DNA of 63,803 bases, filler included, from Octopus bimaculoides (lineage: Eukaryota): NCBI RefSeq assembly GCF_001194135.2. It is 4 parts of 4 records of this genome, joined end to end, with 100 filler letters (N's around TTAATTAATTAA, not from the genome) between each part and the next. Parts side by side here need not be neighbours in the genome. Positions count along the whole stretch, not along the records: positions 1 to 27,139 come from NC_068989.1; 3 more parts are not named here. One strand, written 5' to 3'. The notes under the pieces were generated by a model, which was not told the origin of the DNA, searched no databases, and worked only from the letters and a program-made list of their open reading frames with translations. Positions 1 through 11,540 of this stretch are shown here, one piece after another; position 1 is the first letter of the stretch, and each line of letters opens with the position of its first letter. The position numbers were made by a program, and so were the translations under genes.

Positions 1-59
<59 letters not shown>

Positions 60-153
60 CACACACACACAATGTATTTATTTATATGCATATATGTGAG
101 AATGTGCGTGTATGTGTATGTTGTATATAGGTAATTATGTGTGTATGTGTGTG

Positions 154-184
<31 letters not shown>

Positions 185-299
185 TTACATACACACACAC
201 ATACATACATACATATATACATATACATATATATATCTACATACATACATACATACATACATACATACACATACATATATATACACGCACATACATACA

Positions 300-335
<36 letters not shown>

Positions 336-400
336 TATGTATATATATATATATACACACACATACATTCATACATATACACATATATGTATATACTAAA
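1..400. repeat. Compound (AT)n/(ATAC)n/(AC)n microsatellite
   Basis: Direct simple repeats; source of the Y/I/H/T-rich pseudo-ORFs in the track. Confidence 0.95.
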
Positions 401-404
401 TTAC

Positions 405-530
405 AAATTATGCCTTTATGGACGGAATCCAAAGAGTGTTGGCGTGGGAGGGTTTTCCATTTGTAAATCTGGCGAGTTGTCAGTGCGACCGAGAAACGTG
501 CTAGAGTACGATAAATGCTATCAATAGCTG
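405..530 (+). mobile_element. Decayed mariner transposase C-terminal fragment
   Basis: Translation [26 protein letters not shown] resembles the mariner C-terminus (xSKxxxFWxxGIxxLxxRWxxVV). Confidence 0.4.
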
Positions 531-643
531 CTACCATCGAGATGCCGATTCTACCACCAACATGACTCTTAGTAAACAACACAAGGCAAAACAAAAACAC
601 ATCAATTCTAAAGTAAACATACATTACATACACACGTACGCAG

Positions 644-681
<38 letters not shown>

Positions 682-917
682 TATTCAGAGAGAGAGAGAG
701 AGAGAGTAAGTGAGAGAGAGAGTAAGTGAGAGAGAGATATGGTGAGTCTATGTATAGATACATGTGTGCGCGGCGTGTATTTATATATGCATGTATACAT
801 ACATACATACATGTATACATGCATACATACATACATACATACATGCATACATGCGTACATACATACATACATACATGCATACATACATACATACATACAT
901 ACATAAACATAAAAGGT

Positions 918-1255
918 AAAGACCCCCTTCGGGTCATGAATGACCATGAAATTGCACCTTGAAAGTTCCTCTCCTTGGTATAATTCCGGACAAGGTTATT
1001 TATGGAAGACCAGCAGTCGCCCATGCATACCAGCCTCCCCATCTCCATGTCACAAATGTTATCCAAGGGAAAGGCAAAGGCCAATACAGCTTGGCACCAG
1101 TGATGTCGCAACTCATTTCTATAGCTGAGCTGGAGGAACGTGAAATAAAGTGTCTTGCTCAAGAACACAATACACAGCCCGGTCCGGGAATCGAACCTAC
1201 TACCTCTTGGTTATGAGCCTGATGCACTAACCACTGAGCCATACAGCTTCATATA
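918..1255 (-). mobile_element. tRNA-derived SINE, near full length (family C)
   Basis: Minus-strand head TGGCTCAGTGGTTAG (A box) and GGTTCGATTCCC (B box); body GTGTTCTTGAGCAAGACACTT is shared with copies at 16140, 16890, 17810 and 31700. Confidence 0.8.
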
Positions 1256-1805
1256 CGTATGCCTACATACATATTTACACACGCACAAACACATACACAC
1301 ATAGCTACATGCATACACACACGTCCTGAGTATGAATTTAAACTGCATCCGGTAGTGGTGACCTGATTCAAGAATTCCGGGGTTTTGAGAAGTATGGAAC
1401 AACTTCTTAGCCCCTATTGCTCTCAAGTCTACCCTGACCTGGAGTAGTAGTTCCTGTTGAGGTCCCAGCTATGGGTTAATTAGCATGTAAAGGGCCCCTA
1501 ATTCTCGTTAGACCTTCATTTCAGGACAAAGCAAGCTCGTACAAAAATTCGTACGGAAAAAAAAAAAAAATTCCTCCTGAAGTGCAGTTAGTTTCTGATC
1601 CTTTCAACTCCTGTTGTGGTAAGTGTGTCATAGTTGATTGCGCTGAAAAGTGGTTCCACTGCTGTGCAATACTTTATCCACTCAAAACAAATCCACGCAC
1701 AGAAACTTCTTGGACTCTCGCAGCGTTTTGCACGGGCTTACCGTGTTAAAGAAATGATCCCACTCGGTCATGAATTGACTTCCACCATATACATGTATAT
1801 ATGTA

Positions 1806-1968
1806 AGAGCAGGCAATGCTGTGTGGTAAGAAACTCGCTTCCCATGCACATGGTCCAGGGTTCAATCTTACTGCGTGGTACTTTTGGATGAGAGTCTTCT
1901 TCTATAGCTTTGGGTCGACCAAAGCCTTGCGAGTGGATTTGGTAAATGGAAACTTAAAGAAGCCTGTC

Positions 1969-2026
<58 letters not shown>

Positions 2027-2232
2027 ATTTGTGTTTGTCCCACACCGGTGTTTGTGTGTTTACATCCCCATAACAGCGGATCGGCGAAATAATTCCGATA
2101 GAATGAATACTAGGCTTAAAAGAATAAAGAAGAAGATAAGTACTAGTGTCGATTCATTCAACTAAAAATTCTTCAAAATGTTGCCCCAGCTTGACCTCAG
2201 TCTGATGACTGAATCAAATAAAAGATAGAATA
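1806..2232 (+). mobile_element. tRNA-derived SINE with internal (TG)n/(TA)n (family D)
   Basis: Head GCTGTGTGGTAAG...GGGTTCAAT, body CAAAGCCTTG.GAGTGGATTTGGTA and tail GACTGAATCAAATAAAAGA recur in many copies in the window. Confidence 0.8.
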
Positions 2233-2240
2233 TGAAAGAT

Positions 2241-2280
<40 letters not shown>

Positions 2281-2282
<2 letters not shown>

Positions 2283-3000
2283 AGAAAATTAGACAGATCA
2301 ATGTATAAAGTATATTAAATACACGAGATACAAAATATGTATATATGTATACATATAAAAAAGGTCTAACTTACACGGTATAGATGATATAGAAAATTGA
2401 AGGGGTGGAAGAAAGGTAATGGATCGCCGAGCCCCCATAAACAGCTGTTGGATTTGCAATACCTTTCTTCCGCCCTTTAATTTTCTATATCATTTATACC
2501 GTGTAAGTTGGACCTTGTTTTATATGTATACATATATACATATTGTACTCTGTGTAAGTTGGATACTTTGTGGAGGTGCAATGGCCCAGTGGTTAGGGCA
2601 GCAGACTCGCGGTCATTGGATCGCGGTTTCGATTCCCAGACCGGGTGTTGTGAGTGTTTATTGAGCGAAAGCACCCAAGGCTCCACGAGGCTCCGGCAGG
2701 GGATGGTGACGAACCCTGCTGTACTCTTTCACCACAACTTTCTCTCACTCTTACTTCCTGTTTCTGTTGTGCTTGTGAGTCAAAGGGCCAGCCTTGTCAC
2801 ACAGTGTCATGCTGAATATCCCCGAGAACTACGTTAAGGGGACACGTGTCTGTGGAGTGCTCAGCCACTTGCACGTTAATTTCACGAGCACGCTGTTCCA
2901 TTGATCGGATCAACTGGAACCCCCGTCGTCGTAAGTGACGGAGTGCCAACAAACAAACAAGTTGGATACTTTATATATTGATCTGTCTAATTTGCTTATC
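2281..3000. repeat. Palindromic (fold-back) element with its right arm split by a SINE
   Basis: Left arm 2281-2418 is the reverse complement of 2460-2569 plus 2973-3000; spacer 2419-2459. Confidence 0.8.
2570..2958 (+). mobile_element. Full-length tRNA-derived SINE with 14-bp TSD (family B)
   Basis: A box TGGCCCAGTGGTTAG, B box GGTTTCGATTCCC, (AAAC)n tail; TSD AAGTTGGATACTTT at 2556-2569 and 2959-2972. Confidence 0.9.
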
Positions 3001-3086
3001 CTCACATTTGCTTCTATATCCGCACACGTTTGAATCTCTTGAGCACTACTAAGTGTATTCTATACAGAGAATATCTAGATCATATA

Positions 3087-3418
3087 TATTGAGTTGGTAA
3101 AGATGTTCAAAGCGTTTTTTAAATAAAATTCATTAACGATATTTAGATAGCTGTACATACCTTTACTCCACCACCGCCATATTTGAGACAGCTTCATGAT
3201 CCCATCCTCCTAGAACTTGACATTTTTCTGGATCATGAACTGGTCTAAGTAGTTTTTACACTCTTAAAAGAATCGAAGTTCTTCCCATGATGAGAATTTT
3301 GCAGGGATCGGATTAAATGGTAATCCGAAGGTGCAAGGTCAGGTGAGTACGGTGATTGGGGTAGGACATCCCACTCAAGCTGCACCAATTTTTGCCTGGT
3401 CTTCAAAGAATCGTGCAG
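3087..3418 (-). mobile_element. Mariner (DD34D-type) 3' fragment with TIR
   Basis: WDVLPQSPYSPDLAPSDYHLIRSLQN carries the mariner YSPDLAPSDY motif; terminal TATTGAGTTGGTAAAG...GCGTTTTTT resembles a mariner TIR. Confidence 0.85.
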
Positions 3419-3419
3419 C

Positions 3420-3692
3420 GGTTCAGCAAAAGAGACTGATAGAATAAGTACTAGGCTTTGTATATGTTTGTGTGTCTGTGTTTGTCCCCCAGCATCGCTT
3501 GACAACCGATGCTGGTGTGTTTACGTCTCCGTAACTTAGCGGTTCGGCAAAAGGTTCGATAGAATAAGTACTAAGCTTGGTTCGGCCCAAGTCTATAGTA
3601 GGCGACACTTGCTCAAGGTGCCACGTAGTGGAACTGATCCCGGAACCATGTGGTTGGTAAGCAAGTTACTTACCACACAGTCACTCCTGCGC
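3420..3692. mobile_element. Two family-D SINE fragments in opposite orientation
   Basis: Plus-strand body 3420-3588; minus-strand head GCAGGAGTGACTGTGTGGTAAG...CCGGGATCAGTTCC 3590-3692. Confidence 0.75.
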
Positions 3693-3702
3693 CTATATTG
3701 TA

Positions 3703-3736
<34 letters not shown>

Positions 3737-4659
3737 CAAAGAATATATATACATGTATACACACATATATGTACATACTTACATCTACATGTGTATATAC
3801 ATGCATATCAGGGTACAGGACGTTAGAACAATAAACTACAGACAACGTAACGAACATATAGGAAAACGGAAAGCCACTTGGAATATATATATATATATAT
3901 ATATACNNNNNNNNNNNNNNNNNNNNNNNNNNNNNNNNNNNNNNNNNNNNNNNNNNNNNNNNNNNNNNNNNNNNNNNNNNNNNNNNNNNNNNNNNNNNNN
4001 NNNNNNNNNNNNNNNNNNNNNNNNNNNNNNNNNNNNNNNNNNNNNNNNNNNNNNNNNNNNNNNNNNNNNNNNNNNNNNNNNNNNNNNNNNNNNNNNNNNN
4101 NNNNNNNNNNNNNNNNNNNNNNNNNNNNNNNNNNNNNNNNNNNNNNNNNNNNNNNNNNNNNNNNNNNNNNNNATATATATGTATATATATATATACATAT
4201 ATACATACACACATATATACATACATATATATATATTTATATATACACGTATGTATGTACAGAGTTGTAATAATGAAGTCAAACTAAACAGTGATATTAT
4301 GAAATCATTTAATACGCATATTTCAGGTCTGCATAATGTGTAAAAGAAAATCCATCCATTATGTAAGACCTTCCTCTGTTAAAACGTATGCATGTATGTA
4401 TTGTCTACTTGTCTCGACATCATGTGAAGTTGTAAAAGAGTCTCACTGTCATACGAGTAGTGTCATTCATTTCTAATATTCAGCGAAAACATATCTGTCC
4501 ACGGGTGACTATTATCCTGCTTGAAAACTAGTGTGGGCTAGTGGCAGGAAGAGTATCCGGTTGTAGAAAATCTACATCAATATACTCCGTCCGGCCCATG
4601 TAAGCCAGGAAAAGAGGGCTACAATATATTCACTGTAAGAGCTCCATTATTAATATGTC

Positions 4660-4850
4660 TTAGGGCGGCAGGCTGGCAAAGTGCTTGGCGGAATTTCGTC
4701 CGTCTTCATGTTCCGAGTTCAAATTCCGCCGTGGTCGGCTTCGCCTTTCATTTTTTTCGGGGTCGACAAAATAAGTACCAGTTAAGCACTGGGGTCGATG
4801 TAATAGACTTACCCCTTCCCGAAATTGCTGGCTATGTGCCAAAATTTATG
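4660..4850 (+). mobile_element. tRNA-derived SINE (family A, Meta-domain-like core)
   Basis: GGCGGCAGGCTGGCA...GAGTTCAAATTCC head and TTTCAT...GGGGTCGACAAAATAAGTACCAG core; about 20 copies in the window. Confidence 0.8.
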
Positions 4851-4971
4851 ACCATTATTAATATCTCCTTAAATTACAATATATTATTACTCCAACGCAT
4901 TATATACAATGGAAATGTGTGTATGTGCATGTATATATAAAAGTATTTGTGTGTGTCTTCATCTAGGTGTA

Positions 4972-5345
4972 TTTATATGAATTTAGTTGACGGAAACTGT
5001 GTGGAAGCCCGATGGATATTTTGCATGTGTATGTGTGTATATTCCTCACCTACACTTGAGAAATGGTGTTGGATCAGTATAAGAAACTGATAGAACAAGT
5101 TCCAGACTTTAAAAAAAAATACTAAAAAAGTAACTAAACCCTTCAATCCGGTGATAAAATACAGACATAAAAACACACACAAACACATATTGGATGGGCT
5201 TCGACACGGTTTCCTCACAGATTTACTCACATGGCATTTTTCGGCCCGGAGCTATAGTAAAAGACACTAGCCCAAGGTGCAGCGCAGTAGGACTGAACCT
5301 AAAATCACGTGGTTGCAAAACGAGCTTCTTACCCACGCGGCATTG
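4972..5345 (-). mobile_element. Family-D SINE
   Basis: Reverse complement of the head and body seen at 1806-2232. Confidence 0.75.
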
Positions 5346-5685
5346 CCAGCTCCCGAGAAAAGAAAAGGACGATCAAGGCTGAAATATCTAAGTCGGTTTA
5401 ATACTGGCTGACCTAGGATTAAACAACACGAGTCGTTTCTCCACTGTCAGTCACCAATTTCAGAACACCTGTTAAGATTAACACCTGTTAAGATTAAGGG
5501 CGCTCATTTCCTCCTTCGACTAAATGATAAAGAAAAGAAAAAAGAAAGAGGATACTCTTTCTAATATAAACGCAAACCCTGAAATTTAGGGGAGGGAGTC
5601 AGTCGATACCATCAGCCCCAGTACTTGACTGGTACGTTATTTTGTCGACTCTGGAGGGATGAAACACAATTTTCTTTACTTAGAT

Positions 5686-5910
5686 TTAACCTTTTAGAAT
5701 TTAAACCGGCCATATCTGGCCCAAATAGTGTACCTGTTATGTGTTCAAACCTGCCAGATTTGGCCTCTCGCACATACTCTACAATGTCATTCTAGAAATA
5801 AAGAATCACATTCATCGAAATTTTGAAGCTATGAGATAATGCACAATTAATACAAAACTATGAGAATAAATAAGCATTACATTTGGCGGAGTAATCTGAA
5901 TGCTTAAGGG
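5686..5910. mobile_element. MITE-like element with TTAACCTTT...AAGGG ends (possibly piggyBac-type)
   Basis: Ends TTAACCTTTTAGAATTT and GAATGCTTAAGGG are imperfect inverted repeats; no ORF. Confidence 0.45.
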
Positions 5911-6136
5911 AGCAATTACCGAAATGTCGTGTTAATAATTTATCACAATTTAAGGATCAGAAAGCAAAGAAGGAATTGCTTCAAACGCAGAGCTTTGTCT
6001 TAAAAACACACCAGCATTAGTTGTACGGAAGCGTAGAAATATAGTGGAGAGTGGGGATATAATATAGGGTACGGCAAAAAAACACCTTCATTTTACAGGT
6101 TGATAAACATTTCAACAGAAAACGCACAGCCTGTAC

Positions 6137-6157
6137 CTGTTGAAACCATGCTGGTAA
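6137..6157 (-). CDS. Candidate 21-nt microexon (LPAWFQQ) of the signal-peptide gene
   Basis: ttttttgttttag|TTACCAGCATGGTTTCAACAG|gtacag; phase 0-0, in frame with exon 9146-9256. Confidence 0.35.
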
Positions 6158-6969
6158 CTAAAACAAAAAATGATAAAGCATTAGCTACATGAAAACGCCA
6201 TTATCATCTGCTTAACTTCACTAGCGCCGCAACAATAGCCATGTGAAAGATGGGAGGTTTTCCTGTCACACCCTATACATACATAATAAATTATTATTAA
6301 ACGTTGTGTTGCGTAAAGGGTGCCTGTATAAAACCAACATTCTGAAGTCGCTGGGCGTTAGCAACAATTACATGATTAAGATATAAGCTACCCTTGATAA
6401 TTAATCATAATGTAAATCTGGTTTAATTTGACAGATTAGAGAGAGAGGGGGGGGAGTGAGAGTGGGGAGGAAACACAGAAGAGGGAGACAGAGAGACTCA
6501 AGAAAAATTGGGTGGTCCTCAGTTAAGGACAGGAATTTCCATTCAAGTTATTATTTTACTCGTTTGAGTCATTGAACTGCGACCATGCAGGAGCACCAGA
6601 CTTCATTGATTTAGCACTTGCTTTCATCTGCGACTCATCTTATCGATCTCTATTTCTTGAATGCGCTACAAGTTAACTTTAACTTTTAGACGTGAAGGGA
6701 CTCCACTTGATACGCTGAAATGCTGAAAACATGTATGCATGTCATGATTAGTTATAGGATTCATTAGAATCTAGACACAGCAATGCGTTGGACGTCAGAA
6801 ATGGCCCAGGTACAATAACGTAGAGTTCACAGTGACGTAAAACAACTGTAAAGGTATTGTGTTGGTAGGATACTGTAGATATGTAAGTATAAAATCCAAT
6901 TTACATCGCAGAACTGATCCAGGGCTGGTTCTAGGTGCAACCTAGGCACAAAAACAAGAACTCAAATTG

Positions 6970-7070
6970 AGGCTTAAAATTTACTACAGCTGTTTCGGTA
7001 GAATTTTATTGATGTATTCATATATTACGCCATAGCATATAATCCACTATCATCAGGTAAAGTTTTAAAC
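6970..7070 (-). ncRNA. Type I hammerhead-ribozyme-like motif, copy 1
   Basis: CTGATGA 7056-7050; GAAA-C-AGCT-G-T-A 6996-6985; stem I GTTTAAAACTTTAC pairs with GTAAATTTTAAGC; stem II AGTGGA/TCTACC has one mismatch. Confidence 0.6.
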
Positions 7071-7096
7071 AAGTATAAACAGGTGAGATAATATCT

Positions 7097-7195
7097 GTTT
7101 AAAATTTTACCTGATGATGGCGGGTTATATGTTATGATGTAATCTATGAATACATCAATAAAATTCTACCGAAACAGCAGTCATAAATTTTAAAC
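7097..7195 (+). ncRNA. Type I hammerhead-ribozyme-like motif, copy 2
   Basis: CTGATGA 7111-7117; GAAA-C-AGCA-G-T-C 7171-7182; stem I GTTTAAAATTTTAC pairs with ATAAATTTTAAAC; stem II GGCGGG/TCTACC. Confidence 0.55.
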
Positions 7196-7269
7196 CTCAT
7201 TTGTGGTCTTTTCCATACATAAACCACACCTAGAACCAGTCCTCAGTCGGTTCTGCTGTTTCATGTTTC

Positions 7270-7615
7270 GAGAGGTACAGACACTAAAATCATGTTGGCG
7301 TTCCAAAACCATGGTAAAACTAGCTCCGGCAAGTATTAATTCTGGACGGAAAGCAAAGCTCACAGAGAAGGATTACAGAGTAATGAACTGAAACGTGTCT
7401 AAAAACCGTTGAAGTATGGCTGCAAAAGCAACAACAGAATTAAACTACCACTTTACCAACCCTGTTTCGACTGAAACTCTTCGTCGTGAACTCCATAAAG
7501 CTGGATACAATGAGAGAGATACAGTTGCTAAACATCTTCTGCCTCATCAATACTGATGAACGGAAGTCGTCAGTGACTCAATGGAACAATGTAATCTTCT
7601 CTTATGATGATCAAC
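7270..7615 (+). mobile_element. Tc1-like transposase N-terminal (HTH) fragment, pseudogenised
   Basis: SGRKAKLTEKDYRVM...VSTETLRRELHKAGY...WNNVIFS matches the Tc1/Tc3 GRPxKL and WxxVIFSDE motifs; stops and frameshifts present. Confidence 0.75.
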
Positions 7616-7654
7616 ACCCTAACTTTTTTTTTTTTTTTTTTACTTCGGAGCGAA

Positions 7655-8116
7655 TAGACACAACAGAGCTGGGACCTACATACATTGGAAGCTATGCCAA
7701 CACTTGAATAACAACAGAAAAAAGATGGTATAGGTACACGCCAGAAAAGGTAACAGAAAACGAGAAAGCAACCATACTCTGGGATATGCCAATACACACA
7801 GATAGAGAAATTAAGACAAATAGACCAGATATAGTTGTCAAAGATCATGAAGAAAAAAAATGCTTTCTAATTGATGTATCAATACCAGCAGATGACAACG
7901 TTTCTCTAAAAGAAATGGAAAAACTTTCAAAATACAAAGACCTGGAAATAGAGATAACTCGAATGTGGAATCTAAAAACAGAAACAATTCCTATCATAGT
8001 AGGTGCCTTAGGTATAATAAAAAAATATTCAGACAAATACATAACAAAAACACCAGGACTTACAAATATATATAACATAGAGAAAATTGCACTACTGGGT
8101 ACTGCACACATTCTAC
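7655..8116 (+). mobile_element. R4/Dong-like LINE, restriction-like endonuclease (RLE) 3' region
   Basis: ILWDMPIHTDREIKTNRPDIVVKDHEEKKCFLIDVSIP...EKLSKYKDL...IPIIVGALG: RPD..D.xP..K..KY RLE motif. Confidence 0.9.
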
Positions 8117-8462
8117 NNNNNNNNNNNNNNNNNNNNNNNNNNNNNNNNNNNNNNNNNNNNNNNNNNNNNNNNNNNNNNNNNNNNNNNNNNNNNNNNNNNN
8201 NNNNNNNNNNNNNNNNNNNNNNNNNNNNNNNNNNNNNNNNNNNNNNNNNNNNNNNNNNNNNNNNNNNNNNNNNNNNNNNNNNNNNNNNNNNNNNNNNNNN
8301 NNNNNNNNNNNNNNNNNNNNNNNNNNNNNNNNNNNNNNNNNNNNNNNNNNNNNNNNNNNNNNNNNNNNNNNNNNNNNNNNNNNNNNNNNNNNNNNNNNNN
8401 NNNNNNNNNNNNNNNNNNNNNNNNNNNNNNNNNNNNNNNNNNNNNNNNNNNNNNNNNNNNNN

Positions 8463-8935
8463 TTTCTGCAAGTACTCCACCATTATTGCAGCCCTTATTT
8501 CTTCCATGTACTTCTCAAGATTTTTACTCACTGCTCCCATGGCTCTGACAATTATTGGTACTACTACCACCTTTTTTCATCGACCACAACTACTTAACCT
8601 CCCAAGCTAACCTGTCATATCTATTGACTTTTCTTTCTTCCTTATCTGGCTTCCTATTCTCTATCTCATGGTCGCACTGAATCATAAAATCCCACAGGAT
8701 CTTTGCATTATCAATTTCGATGATGCCTTCGGGTTTGTGGTCGTATCAATATTTTGCTCTGTCATGTCCATACTTGTTGCAAAGTGTCCAATGGACAAAC
8801 CTTGCTATATCGCCGTGGCGTCTCTTATATTCCTTCTGGGCTAGTGGCGTACATTTGCTGATAATATGCCATACAGTTTCACCATTTTGTACCTCCATTC
8901 ACGGTCCTCAAACACATCCTAATTTACGAAACTAA
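8463..8935 (-). mobile_element. Second R4/Dong-like LINE 3' region (CCHC remnant plus RLE), degenerate
   Basis: ETVWHIISKCTPLAQKEYKRRH...ILWDFMIQCDHEIENRKPD...VVPIIVRAMG. Confidence 0.85.
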
Positions 8936-9145
8936 TTTACAGTTTCTCGCTCTCTCTCTCTTATTTTTTATTTATTTTTGTTTGTTAGAATGCGCAACCC
9001 ACTACTTGTTACCTCAGATTGTTGTTGCCGCTAGCTATAAAAAGTTTATGGAGCTTGAGCAACTGATAGACAGACTGACAAACAGACGGACGGACGTAGG
9101 GTGAGAAAGCGGTTTAAAGAGAAAAAAAAAACGAAAGAAACTTAC

Positions 9146-9256
9146 CCGACAAACACGTGCATGCGTTACGGCTATAATCGAAGTAAACAGCAGACAAAGT
9201 GAGTGCAGACAGCATTTGATGTTGTTACCCTGTCCAAAATAGATGCGTGAATTCAT
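9146..9256 (-). CDS. Probable first coding exon of a secreted or membrane protein (signal peptide)
   Basis: MNSRIYFGQGNNIKCCLHSLCLLFTSIIAVTHA|RVCR; donor CGG|gtaagt at 9145; acceptor ttttgtttttag| at 9328 gives exon 9146-9327; in-frame upstream TAA at 9295-9293. Confidence 0.55.
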
Positions 9257-9380
9257 GTTTGTGTAGAAAGGTGACTGTGGAGATCTTGTACTTTATAAAC
9301 ACACTCCGTCTCTCACGGTGTTCTTAGCTAAAAACAAAAGAACGAAAATACTTATTTTTGGAAGTGGTAGTGTTGTTGAA

Positions 9381-9464
<84 letters not shown>

Positions 9465-9465
9465 A
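9381..9465. repeat. (AAT)n-(GAT)n microsatellite
   Basis: Direct; explains the poly-N/D and poly-L/S ORFs. Confidence 0.95.
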
Positions 9466-10139
9466 TATTATATAATGCTACCACATACCGCTGTCTTCCA
9501 ACGTTAAGATAGTTCATACAAACAATACAGATATGTTTAACGCAGTATTTCCCAACCTATTTTCAATGACGACACAGCTGAGTTATGTATCTTATCGTGT
9601 CGAAACATCTGGTGCGTTTTCATTTTGGAACTGTTACAAGTCTATTTTCATGTTATCAATGTCCAAAGACAAAATGTTCCAACGATGTTGTAGTAATTTC
9701 ATAACAATTCCCGAATAGTAAACGTGACTGACGCCGCAAACTAACTACTTCTATGGAAATTTGAACATTAATTTACATTTAAAATTCCTCTCTCGTCGGC
9801 TTCCCTCTTTCGCACCTCCACTCTCTCTGTTTATATATATATATATATAATATAACACACACACACACAGTTCAAATTTTTCTGAAAATAAAAGACGAAG
9901 GCATGTGAGGGAACAACAAAGGTGTGTATTAGTTTGACGCTCAGGAAGAACAGAAAAGTCTTTGACGTTTCGAGCTTACACTCTTCGGCAGAAAAGGACG
10001 AGAAGAAATAAAAGGGAGAAAGAAAGAAAAAGCGGCAAGAGAAAAAATGTGTCAGGATTAACGGTTTACGTATATGTGTGTGTGTGTATGTGTGTATACA
10101 TAGACACACTCACATATATGTACCCTCTCATTCTTGATC

Positions 10140-10482
10140 TCTTTCTCTCTTTCTCTTGTTTTCTCCCTCTCACGGGGTAACCATGTATCTCCTCTACAGC
10201 AAGACACCTGTTTCTTTCCCTCTGTCAAACGTTAACCTCTCACCACCCCTCCAATGCCCCGCTTCTCAAAGGATCTTTGTCTTGCGAGTTATTTAGCGAC
10301 TCCGCCAGTGCTGGTACCACATATAAAGCACTGTCCACTCTGTAAGGTGGTTGGTGTTAGGAAGCGCATCTAGCTGTAAAAACCATGCCAAAACAGCCAG
10401 TGAAGCTTGGTGCCGTCTTCTGGCTTGCCAGTTCCTGATAAACCATCCAACCCATGCCAGCATGGAAAACAAATGCAAAATG

Positions 10483-10490
<8 letters not shown>
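10140..10490 (+). mobile_element. RTE-associated 3' end repeat
   Basis: GTGGTTGGTGTTAGGAAGCGCATC...CCAACCCATGCCAGCATGGAAAAC is shared with RTE 3' ends at 13210, 21720, 49775, 54900 and 60535. Confidence 0.65.
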
Positions 10491-10554
<64 letters not shown>

Positions 10555-11540
10555 ACAGTATAAAGTCATGAGGTGTGAGAAGTAAATGTATATTTTTTTA
10601 ATCACGTGACTTCCATAAAGTTACGGCCATTTCGCTACCTTCTCTATTCAGTATTAATTTCAGTAAGAAAGAAATTATGTATACATGTTTGCATTAATAT
10701 GATGCTCATCATTACACAATTCAGCTGTATATTCACATATCAATGCAAATAAAGAAAGCTAGCTCATTAGATTACCAGAAAATTATGGTTACACCAACAA
10801 TTAATGATGATATTTCCAGTGATCTGATTGTATTGCATAACGCTGAACATACATATTAATTTCTTCTATACTGAAATTAATATTATATGAAGTAGGTTGC
10901 GAAACGGCCGTGATAAATAAATATATATTCACCTCTCATACCTTCTGACTTTGTGCTTATATATGTTCCTCATAAATTTACTTCCTCGATCGGATCTTTT
11001 GGATTATCGGTTACATGAACACTCTACATTACACTTCTTTGTAATGGTTTACTATGGGGATTGTTCGCCGAATCTGTACGCGGAGCTTTCTGTGATAGCC
11101 GCATGATTCTCTGAATCCACATCTTAAACTACTAACTTGTATATAACTATAGATACACATACGGATGTATCTATGTATGTATGTATGTATATATGTATGT
11201 ATGTACACATATGTATATATATGTGTGTGTGTGTATGTGTGTATGTATGTGTATGTATGTATATATGTATGTGTGTATGTGTAAATACATGCACACACAC
11301 ACACAAAACTACGGATATTTACGGATTTCTTGGGATTTTAGATATCAATAAAACAATCCATTTCCGTTATATATACATATGTAAGCCTACATACATATAC
11401 ACACATACATACACAGTTTGTTTTTACACATGCATGCACACTTGCAAAAACACATATTGACGCGTGCAGTCTGCAATCTGTGTGTGCATTTGTTACACAC
11501 ACACACACACACACAAAAGCACAAAGTTAGTTAAATACAC

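Noticed and set aside
82-962. Long ORFs rich in Y/I/H/T/C/V/M here and throughout the track
   Set aside because: They are translations of (AT)n, (CA)n and (ATAC)n microsatellites or N runs; the unique part at 405-530 reads better as a mariner relic on the plus strand.
2570-2645. tRNA-like sequences with A and B boxes (many copies)
   Set aside because: Each continues into a shared SINE body and tail and lacks a complete cloverleaf, so they are SINE heads rather than tRNA genes.
5485-5519. 35-nt candidate exon (SKEEMSALNLNR) after a strong polypyrimidine tract
   Set aside because: The donor is weak (gtgtta), it lies in a local 16-bp tandem duplication, and I found no matching phase-2 exon downstream.
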